DNA of 64,000 nucleotides from an uncultured bacterium (GTDB lineage Bacteria; Margulisbacteria; Marinamargulisbacteria; SXXA01): NCBI GenBank assembly GCA_903864835.1, contig CAIPHK010000031.1, positions 188 to 64,187 of the forward strand, read 5' to 3'. Shown piece by piece: positions 56,362 to 64,000 of this stretch (position 1 is its first letter; each line of letters starts with the position of its first letter). The notes under the pieces were generated by a model. It saw only the letters and a program-made list of their open reading frames with translations, ran no database searches and was not told where the DNA came from. The position numbers and the translations under genes were made by a program.

Positions 56362-59052
56362 GTGAGTATGGGACAAAATGTATCTAGTGTATCGGGGCGA
56401 CCCACCGTTTCTGCGGCAGTGGGCTTAAATACTGAGGCCGGATATCGCACCTATTTTATGGGTAAAAGTAGTTTGACCACTGGTGCCGAAGCAAACAAAA
56501 ATAAGTTTAAAAAATTAGGTAAAATTATACGTAGTGTGATTTTGACACCGAAATCACAGGAATCTAAGGACGGCACGACCGGCGGTAAAATTGCATCCGG
56601 GTGGAAGGCGGTTAAGCTGCCTCAGTTATGGATTGGTAATAATACAACAATGTCGATCCCATCAGTTGGGGCGGCGCCAAGCAGTTTTTCCTGGAGTTCG
56701 GGCCCCCAATTTTCGACTCAATACTTGAACTTACTGAATGACCGTTTAACCGGTAGCGAGAAACCCACACGCCCTCTATTTTCCCACTATGGCAATGGTC
56801 AGTATATGGAAACGCTCCATAACGAATATCGCTACATGCTGGAACTGCACCAACATCGGTTTTTAAATATTCTCAAAGCGGCGGCGCCCGACGTTCATCA
56901 GGCGTTTGTCGAATGGTTGATTATTCACGCTGGGGCACCTGTAAATAACGGATTGTCTGAACCTATTGTCCGAGACCTTGCTAAAACCAAAGCGAGTGTG
57001 GACCGTGCGTCTGAATCTAACCAAGTGCGGTTAACTAAGGGTTTTATCGGTCGACTTAAACAAAGTCATCCGGAACAATTCGAATTTATTAAAAAGCTCG
57101 CATCGGTGGCCCGAATTGATTTGGATCTACCGCAAGATCAGCGCCGAGTCGGAGATATGCGTAAAGCGTTAGCTCCATGGCTCGGACCCAAAATGGCGAG
57201 TGTCCTGATCGAGGACTATTACCAAGTGTTTGATGTTGAAACTTTGGATAATGAGCCTTCGTCGCGGGCGACGCCGGAACACGGGGCCTGGTCTCGGAGT
57301 GGATATAATTCATCATTTGGAACCTTCTCGGATCAGGCTGGGCATTCGGTCGGCGGCGGAGGGCGCTCCTCGACGACGCCAATGGAACGAGCCACAGACC
57401 CCGTACGAACGGCCAGTCAGGAATATCGGGATAAAGGCTGTTTGTCGTTAGATACGATGAGGAAAATGAATCCGGATGCGCTGGGGCAATTAATCGGGAT
57501 GGAAATTATACCTGCGGCCGATCACCAAGTGTTTCGAGATCTTCATGCGGCAATTCATGCAACAAGCGGTTTTCCGGGATGGGAGCATGTGTCCGAGGAT
57601 GAACCGACCACTTTTGCGGCAAAAACGGTGCGGCAATGTCTGTTTGATCATGTGGAAAATAATCTAAATGCCGGCACAGACGTGGGCCGCGACGAGGTTT
57701 CCCGAGTATTAGGTCTAGTCTATAGCTCACGCGTGAAGTTGGGCAACTATGACTGCGCGAAGGTAGCGGATGTTTTGAACCCCCGAGGGCTAATTGCGCA
57801 TGTCCTAACTATCAATGGGGACCTAAAAACCGCCAAAGAACAGCAACGGCGGATCGCGACGGATCTGTTACTAAGTTCTATTTCTGGTCCTGAGAATCGT
57901 CGATTGGCGGAGGATATCCTTAAGGTGTTGGTGCGGCCATTTATTGATGGCCACACTTCATTTTCTTTTCAACTTAATCCAATTCGTCGCGCAAAACAGC
58001 AACTACTAGAGTTGGCCGATGATTGGGCGGACTCTGCCCCTGTTTTTTCGGAAATAATCAGGAGCCTGGTTCGGAATCCTAAATTTGCAACTGATTCGAT
58101 TCTAACCATTAAATTGCCGGCAGGTAGTGTACCTAGAAATGCCGCCGCATCGCATCGATTGCGATCTGCCGAAGCGGCATCTGGTCGGGTATCCCCTGAT
58201 ACCTCAAACGCGGAGGTCGACTTTGACCTTGACCATTCCCTATTAAGTCGGAATGGGTCGGTATCGTCCGAAGGGTCTGATTTTGATCCCCCTGAAAAAT
58301 GTTCTTTGGACTTTGTGGGTTACTCCACCTCGGTTGGACAGATTATGGACTCCCAACAGTTTTATGACGGAATTGCGGAATTGGTGGTGGCGGGTCAAAC
58401 CCATTTGCTTGATCCAATATCTGAAGGACCGGTAAAAAAATTGGCTTTGATTTTGGCTAACGAAGACAATATGTTTGATTTATTGACGCCCTTTAATGGA
58501 GACCATGAGACCGCGACAAAGGTTTTAGTTCGGGCCGTGGGTTTGGTGGATGGATTTGTGGCGTCGGGAGCAGTTTCACCTCCGGATGTTTTAAGTTTTT
58601 TGAATGGGTACGTGGATGGGCAAGAAACCACGGCTTTAGGGGTGTTGGATCGTGCCCAGGAGGTGGGTAAATCCGCTAATAGATCGGTGCCAGACTCTCC
58701 CTGCCTAGACGAACCTAATGTGGATTCGTGGGTTTCTCGTGTCTTCTCGGCCCCGGTAGACATGACAACCATCATCCTTGGGGATAACGCTCTCACAGCT
58801 GGTATGTCGAATTCATCGATACCGGTGACGGAGTCTGACGGTGGGCAAGCGGGGGGCGATTCTGCTGAACGGGAGAGGTCAGGCTCTTCCGACTCGGGCG
58901 ATAGTTTGTCGGGGCGGGGTACTTCGGCAAGGTTAAATCTGCAGAATCTTGTTTCAAGCTCAGATACAGTCTTCTCGCCGGATCTGAACGGCCACGGGCT
59001 GGAGTTTACGCCATCCAAATTTTTTGAGGCCCCGACTCAAAGTTCATCATAG
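56362..59052 (+). CDS. Orphan 896-aa effector-like protein with Ser-rich disordered tracts; MGQNVSS if started at ATG 56368
   Basis: Long clean ORF with AGGGAG RBS and no recognisable domain. Confidence 0.75.
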   Translation: MSMGQNVSSVSGRPTVSAAVGLNTEAGYRTYFMGKSSLTTGAEANKNKFKKLGKIIRSVILTPKSQESKDGTTGGKIASGWKAVKLPQLWIGNNTTMSIPSVGAAPSSFSWSSGPQFSTQYLNLLNDRLTGSEKPTRPLFSHYGNGQYMETLHNEYRYMLELHQHRFLNILKAAAPDVHQAFVEWLIIHAGAPVNNGLSEPIVRDLAKTKASVDRASESNQVRLTKGFIGRLKQSHPEQFEFIKKLASVARIDLDLPQDQRRVGDMRKALAPWLGPKMASVLIEDYYQVFDVETLDNEPSSRATPEHGAWSRSGYNSSFGTFSDQAGHSVGGGGRSSTTPMERATDPVRTASQEYRDKGCLSLDTMRKMNPDALGQLIGMEIIPAADHQVFRDLHAAIHATSGFPGWEHVSEDEPTTFAAKTVRQCLFDHVENNLNAGTDVGRDEVSRVLGLVYSSRVKLGNYDCAKVADVLNPRGLIAHVLTINGDLKTAKEQQRRIATDLLLSSISGPENRRLAEDILKVLVRPFIDGHTSFSFQLNPIRRAKQQLLELADDWADSAPVFSEIIRSLVRNPKFATDSILTIKLPAGSVPRNAAASHRLRSAEAASGRVSPDTSNAEVDFDLDHSLLSRNGSVSSEGSDFDPPEKCSLDFVGYSTSVGQIMDSQQFYDGIAELVVAGQTHLLDPISEGPVKKLALILANEDNMFDLLTPFNGDHETATKVLVRAVGLVDGFVASGAVSPPDVLSFLNGYVDGQETTALGVLDRAQEVGKSANRSVPDSPCLDEPNVDSWVSRVFSAPVDMTTIILGDNALTAGMSNSSIPVTESDGGQAGGDSAERERSGSSDSGDSLSGRGTSARLNLQNLVSSSDTVFSPDLNGHGLEFTPSKFFEAPTQSSS

Positions 59053-59136
59053 AATTCATTAAATGGCAGTGATAAAACCCGTCGGAGCACCCCCGAGCCA
59101 AATAACATAGGAGCGATTTCGCAGCAGTATCGTATT

Positions 59137-59412
59137 TTGTCGGATATTTATCGAACAGTTAATGATATCAACGTATCCCAATTTGAGGATGACATCGCAG
59201 CTATCAGTTTCGACGTCTACATAGCAAATATTCAACCGGCGAACTTAGGCCAGGATGCGGCTGCTTTTGGTAGAGAAGATAGTGAATCTGCTATCGGATT
59301 GAGAGAATTGGTCGGGGCGTTACGAAGTATTCCAGAGCATGAGCGAAATGCTGTTACAAAGGAATTTTTAAGGGGGTATGAGGCGGCGGTTTCTGGGGTC
59401 AATCAAAAATGA
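59137..59412 (+). CDS. Small orphan protein; probable real start ATG 59063 with a frameshift in a C5 tract
   Basis: Frame open from 59053 with no start codon until TTG 59137; one extra C at 59090-94 gives MAVIKPVGAPPEPNNIGAISQQYRILSD. Confidence 0.5.
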   Translation: MSDIYRTVNDINVSQFEDDIAAISFDVYIANIQPANLGQDAAAFGREDSESAIGLRELVGALRSIPEHERNAVTKEFLRGYEAAVSGVNQK

Positions 59413-59430
59413 AATATTGCGTCAGATTTC

Positions 59431-60156
59431 GTGTCTTCTGCGGTCGGTGTGATGTCATCTAAGGTCGGTGTGATGTCAAGTTATTTGTTGTGGGGATCCC
59501 CATCCGCCTCCATTCCTGCGTCAGTGGCCAGTCAGCTGAAGGATATCGGGATTGCCGATCCATTTGTCGAGGACGCTGTTACAGCGGACGCCAGCAACGT
59601 TGTTTTGAAGACGATATTTATGTCGGGTGAGTATAATGCAGAGACGTTTGTTGACGCTATTCTGCTACCAAAGACCGCCGGTAGATTAGCTGACGTATCG
59701 GCTTTGGCTACTCTGGGGAGGGTTGCCCCCGGCCGGGATCGAGAGAGGGCTATACTTGACGATGCGATGGGCGATACTCTCTCAGTTGAGTCGCTAAAGA
59801 GTCGTCTTCAGTCGGCACAGTCTGCTATCGAGGATGAACAGTATCCAGTCGAATTGCCTGGGAATACAGTGGGTGAGGCGTTGTCTATTGTCCCCTCTGT
59901 AACCGCTAACCGCTTTGTGACTCCTTCGCGAGGTCGATCGTCATCCCCGGCGAATTTAGAAGCCGACAAATTTCACTTGACGCCGGAAGAGTCTGCCCTC
60001 AGGCAACAAACGCGAGGAAATAGCGCCGGTTCTACAGGAAAGCGACTTAGGTACGGTAGCAATGTTTCAGTTGAAAGACGGGTGTTAGGCTTAGTTGAGC
60101 TATCCCAGAGTCCTATCTTCAAACGCGCCGCGGAGGCCGATGATAACCAGTCATAG
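59431..60156 (+). CDS. Orphan protein with a duplicated N-terminal heptapeptide and a basic KRLR motif
   Basis: MSSAVGVMSSKVGVMSS; 21-nt period repeat at 59442/59463. Confidence 0.65.
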   Translation: MSSAVGVMSSKVGVMSSYLLWGSPSASIPASVASQLKDIGIADPFVEDAVTADASNVVLKTIFMSGEYNAETFVDAILLPKTAGRLADVSALATLGRVAPGRDRERAILDDAMGDTLSVESLKSRLQSAQSAIEDEQYPVELPGNTVGEALSIVPSVTANRFVTPSRGRSSSPANLEADKFHLTPEESALRQQTRGNSAGSTGKRLRYGSNVSVERRVLGLVELSQSPIFKRAAEADDNQS

Positions 60157-60192
60157 CATAAATCTAAAATAGATAGAGCACTCGCTGCGCTT

Positions 60193-60304
60193 ACCCCTTC
60201 CCTAAATCCCTACCCCTTCCGATAAGGGGCAGGGACTTAAATTAAACTCAAATCCGTTTTCTCCCTTTCTCCTCGTGGGAGGGGAAAGGGTTGGGGATAG
60301 GGGT
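60193..60304. repeat. Inverted pair of C/G-rich palindromic repeats, same family as the DUF559-flanking repeats
   Basis: accccttccctaaatccctaccccttccgataaggggcaggga and tccctttctcctcgtgggaggggaaagggttggggataggggt, 26 nt apart. Confidence 0.6.
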
Positions 60305-60501
60305 GAAAATTTACAGGAGGCGTTTGACTCCCTCCCAATTCCCCCGCTATTCTCTCGGCGTCGTTCATTGTCTGTAATGGACGTCTATATTCGTACAAAT
60401 TTGTAGAATGAAGCTCAGGCATTCCGGATGTCCCATAAGGGGGATTCTTCTGGGTGATTGCGGTAAAGGGGCTGCAGACACAAGCTGAAAGGTGGGACCA
60501 T

Positions 60502-63500
60502 ATGTACTCTGTGAGTGGTTTAGTTGCCGCGCGTCAGTTAGCGCCGGTTCTTAGTCGTATTGGTGGGCGAGTTACGGTTCAAGCACCGCTTCCGTTTAAA
60601 CCAGTGCAGTCATCGATTTCGGTACTCGGTGCAATGACGGCCCGAGGATATTTAAGTCAAAAACGAAGCGCTGAGTCGGCAGTGCCTAAGGTCATTGCAC
60701 GACATTCTCTCGAATTTCCGATTCCTGAAACACTGCAGGCCGGAGATACCGTATTGGTCGCCAATCGGGGGTCTGCCGCGGTACGGTTTATTCGAACCGC
60801 GCATGGAATGGGACTGAAGACCGTTCAGGTGGTGGCAAAGGGCGATACGCCGTTTGACTTGGCTGATCGAGTCCTCGAATTAAATGGGGCCGATGCCTCC
60901 GCGTATCTCAAAATTTCCGATTTGGTTAAAATTGCCAACATCCACAACGTGAAACATGTGTGGCCAGGATGGGGATTTTGGTCCGAAAGTACTCCGGCCC
61001 ACACCGAGTTTCGGGCCAATGGTATTTATGTCTTGGGTCCGGAGCCTAAAGTGGTTGCGAATTTGGGCGATAAAACCACCGCTCGGGAAATTGCGATAAA
61101 AGTCGGCGCCCCGGTGGTTCCCGGAACTGAGGTGTTATCCAGTATCGAAGCTGCAAAAATCGAAGCGGCAAAAATGGGATATCCCGTTTTGGTTAAAGCC
61201 GTCAGTGGGGGTGGTGGTAAGGGAATGCGGGTGGCCCTTTCAGAATCAGATCTTGACGCTGCATTTTCCGGTGCCAAAACCGAAGCCAAAGTCTCATTTG
61301 GGGATGATCGTGTATTTCTTGAAAAATTTGTAAATACTAAAATTAAGCATATCGAAGTCCAGATTCTGGGGGATTTGCATGGGGATGTGCGTCATTTAGG
61401 GACCCGGCATTGCTCGGTTCAACGCCGGAACCAAAAGGTGCTCGAAGAAGCGCCGGCACCGACCGAATATCACTATTTGGCTGACATTGCCGTACGGATT
61501 GTCAAAGAAGCCGGATATTCCGGGGCCGGGACGGTTGAATTTATTGTGGATGAAGAGGGTCACGCCTATTTTATGGAGGTGAATACCCGACTTCAGGTCG
61601 AGCACCCGATTACGGAACAAATTCATAATGGGCTGGACTTGGTAAAAGCCCAGATTCAAGTCGCCATGGGCCAGCCGTTGTCCGTGATATTGGAAGGGGT
61701 AACCCGTCGCGACGTCCATGCAATTGAAACCCGACTGATTAAAGAAACGTTGATGCCGGTCAATGGCGTCTGGAGTACATTTCCGGTTCCCGGGGCGTTT
61801 TCACGGCCCACTTGGCCGGTGGGCATTAATATTCGTGTCGAAGGAAATACCCGTACACCGTCGGTGTCCGATGGATTTGATTCCAATTTTGGCGCCATTA
61901 TTGCGACGGGCGCAACCCGTGACGATGCCATAAGTACGATCCAACGTAGTCTACTAGAGGGCTACTTTGGGGGATCAAAAGACACAAATTCATCGTTTTT
62001 AAGGGCCATTTTAAGCCGACCTGATTTTGCAGATCCTAAAAAAATTCATATCAAGTGGCTCGAAGCCCAAATGGCGACGGCGGACTTCCAAATTCAGGTC
62101 CATGATCCTAAAAATCCAATTAATTTTCAGTCTCAATTGGATGGGATGGCCCACTACATTGTAGAAGCCACGGTGAATGGATCGGTGATTTCGGGTGTGG
62201 TGAACGCGGTTCCGACCGACTTGGCCCCCGCGCTTCCGGTTCCTGAGTTCCCCGTAACGCCAACCTGGCCATTGTACGGCAATATTTTTAGCGGCGCTGG
62301 CGGTGGTGCTGCAGGATCAGTCGCGGTGGTCGGAGCGTGGAAAGCGGCAGCCGCAACGGGTCAAATGTTATTGGGTAATACCCGATATCGTGACCTTGGG
62401 CAAACGGCGGTAGCCAATCGGGACGGCGAGCACGAAAAACAAATGTCAGCGCCCTACATGGATCAGTTGCCGTGGGCGTGGTGTGAAATTGGGGGCGGGG
62501 CCAATACCCATTCCGACCTCAAATTTAAGTTACAAGATCCGGTCGAAACGACATCCACGCTAAAGTCACTGCTTCCCAATCAGATTACATCAGGACTTGC
62601 CCGTGATATCGCGGTGGTGGCCTATGGAGATACGCCGCTCGACGACGCGGCCGTTCCAGAAATATACAAAACACTCAGTGTCGACGGTGGAATTCAAAAA
62701 CTTCGGATTTTCCAAGGGATGAACGACATTGGACGGTTAAAAAAGGCGGTCGCAGCGGCGGCCCCAACGGGTGCCATTTTGGATATTTGTATGGTGTTTC
62801 ATAAGCGTTACACCAGTGAAGATTATGCAAAATTTTTAGGGGAAATGTTTCGATTCACCAAAGAAATTGGCGCATCAGACCGGGTCATTTTTACCATTAA
62901 AGATGCTCAGGGAATGATTGGCATGGGCGAGCTCGAGAAAATGAAGGATGTCCCCCGACTTCTGGATTTGGAGTGTGGCGAACCCCAATTAATTGGATTC
63001 CATTCTCATGACGCCCTGGGTGTGACTGCGGCAGTTTATGCCAAATCGGCAGAATATGGCTTCCGGCATTGTGATGTGGCCAACGAAAAACTAGCCACCA
63101 CAAACACCCAGCCTCCAGTGAGTCAGGTGGTTCAGCTGCTCAAAGGAACCCCATATGATACTCGGTTTCCATTGGAACACTTGGATCCGTTGGCCGATCA
63201 TGATCGGTCGATTCGGAGACTGTGGACTCCGTTGATGCCGGAAAATGAAATTACATCGAGTCAGGTCCAAACCTACGGGCTGCCGCCGGGGATGATCAAT
63301 AACGTTCGGCAGCAATATATTTCTGCGGGCGGAAAACCGACCGAGTTTCGCCGATTTTTAGAGATATACGGAATGGTATTGACGGAAATTACCGGTACGA
63401 CTGGCGTGACTCCGTATTCAAAGGATGCGGGTGAAATTGCGCTGTGGGTATTGCTGTCGGATCCGGCCGGTAAGATCAAAACGGTCGACGATATCGCTCA

Positions 63501-64000
63501 ATTTATGGTCGCCAATGCGGCAAAGGCACCGAATTCGACCAAAAATTTATTCCGAGGTGAAAAAGGGGTGGCGCAGTTTGAGTTTCACCCTGAGGTCGAG
63601 GCAGCGTTTGAGGCGTTGTCTCTGGATCAAGTTCCCAAAATGAAGGCGCCATCGGGCGATTATCAAACACGTATCACTTCGCGAACTCGTGAACTAGAGG
63701 GTAAGTATTCTCGACGAGTACCCCGTCATTTGGCGGTGCTAGAAGATATGTTTCCTGGGGATGTGGACGCTCTATTACAGCATGAGCAAAAATTTGGGAT
63801 CTACACAGGGAAACTTCCCTTACATGTGAAATTGCGCGGATTGAAGGTGGGAGAAGACCTCACGTTGCCGGATGTTGCCGGTAAATTGGTACGGTATAAA
63901 TTGATTCAGCAGTCCCCGGCGGATGCCAAAGGGGTGCGCCAGGTGATAATGTCCGTCCAAGATCGGTTGGTGACGATTCCAGTCACGGATAAACGAGCGG
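60502..64000 (+). CDS. pyc: Divergent pyruvate carboxylase (BC + CT domains, 3'-partial) with an ~80-aa N-terminal extension
   Basis: Frame read by hand, open from 60502 to the edge: VLVANRG, GGGGKGMR, CSVQRRNQK, EVNTRLQVEHPITE, RYRDLGQ, IKDAQG, FHSHD, VTPYSK. Confidence 0.88.
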   Translation, partial: MYSVSGLVAARQLAPVLSRIGGRVTVQAPLPFKPVQSSISVLGAMTARGYLSQKRSAESAVPKVIARHSLEFPIPETLQAGDTVLVANRGSAAVRFIRTAHGMGLKTVQVVAKGDTPFDLADRVLELNGADASAYLKISDLVKIANIHNVKHVWPGWGFWSESTPAHTEFRANGIYVLGPEPKVVANLGDKTTAREIAIKVGAPVVPGTEVLSSIEAAKIEAAKMGYPVLVKAVSGGGGKGMRVALSESDLDAAFSGAKTEAKVSFGDDRVFLEKFVNTKIKHIEVQILGDLHGDVRHLGTRHCSVQRRNQKVLEEAPAPTEYHYLADIAVRIVKEAGYSGAGTVEFIVDEEGHAYFMEVNTRLQVEHPITEQIHNGLDLVKAQIQVAMGQPLSVILEGVTRRDVHAIETRLIKETLMPVNGVWSTFPVPGAFSRPTWPVGINIRVEGNTRTPSVSDGFDSNFGAIIATGATRDDAISTIQRSLLEGYFGGSKDTNSSFLRAILSRPDFADPKKIHIKWLEAQMATADFQIQVHDPKNPINFQSQLDGMAHYIVEATVNGSVISGVVNAVPTDLAPALPVPEFPVTPTWPLYGNIFSGAGGGAAGSVAVVGAWKAAAATGQMLLGNTRYRDLGQTAVANRDGEHEKQMSAPYMDQLPWAWCEIGGGANTHSDLKFKLQDPVETTSTLKSLLPNQITSGLARDIAVVAYGDTPLDDAAVPEIYKTLSVDGGIQKLRIFQGMNDIGRLKKAVAAAAPTGAILDICMVFHKRYTSEDYAKFLGEMFRFTKEIGASDRVIFTIKDAQGMIGMGELEKMKDVPRLLDLECGEPQLIGFHSHDALGVTAAVYAKSAEYGFRHCDVANEKLATTNTQPPVSQVVQLLKGTPYDTRFPLEHLDPLADHDRSIRRLWTPLMPENEITSSQVQTYGLPPGMINNVRQQYISAGGKPTEFRRFLEIYGMVLTEITGTTGVTPYSKDAGEIALWVLLSDPAGKIKTVDDIAQFMVANAAKAPNSTKNLFRGEKGVAQFEFHPEVEAAFEALSLDQVPKMKAPSGDYQTRITSRTRELEGKYSRRVPRHLAVLEDMFPGDVDALLQHEQKFGIYTGKLPLHVKLRGLKVGEDLTLPDVAGKLVRYKLIQQSPADAKGVRQVIMSVQDRLVTIPVTDKRA

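Noticed and set aside
60218-60225. TCCGATAA upstream of pyc
   Set aside because: It is the loop of a palindromic repeat and lacks the -35 box.
1-64000. CRISPR arrays, rRNA, tRNA, integrase or transposase genes
   Set aside because: No regularly spaced repeats or recognisable RNA or recombinase signatures were found by eye.

Overview
A 64-kb window of a diderm bacterial chromosome using genetic code 11. A short SigA without the large non-conserved insert, plus TolC/RND and GmhA, would fit a Margulisbacteria-like lineage, but this cannot be verified from sequence alone. Intact housekeeping blocks are xth-nth-rplY-pyrE-pyrF, rpoD, folD-gmhA-rmlA-rmlB-pdxJ, mgtE, recO-sucCD, gcvH, pstS-aroK, tetR-tolC-RND, recQ and putA. 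They are interleaved with orphan genes that look like eukaryote-directed effectors: Hanks-type kinases (including a tandem kinase-pseudokinase split by one in-frame TGA), two papain-fold protease candidates, a ~1840-aa protein ending in a USP-like deubiquitinase domain, proteins with MGxxxS and PPxY motifs, and a pyruvate carboxylase (60502 to beyond the window, absent from the ORF track) with an ~80-aa presequence-like N-terminus. The strongest unexplained signal is an identical bipartite motif, TGAAATT-N14-TCCGATAA (sigma28/FliA-like), found 43-60 nt upstream of three of these orphan genes, which suggests a co-regulated effector regulon. The window also holds a sigma54-controlled operon (2OG dioxygenase-RidA-PLP dehydratase-like) beside its own sensor/activator pair, and several small palindromic or mobile DNA elements. 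No rRNA, tRNA or CRISPR array was recognised.
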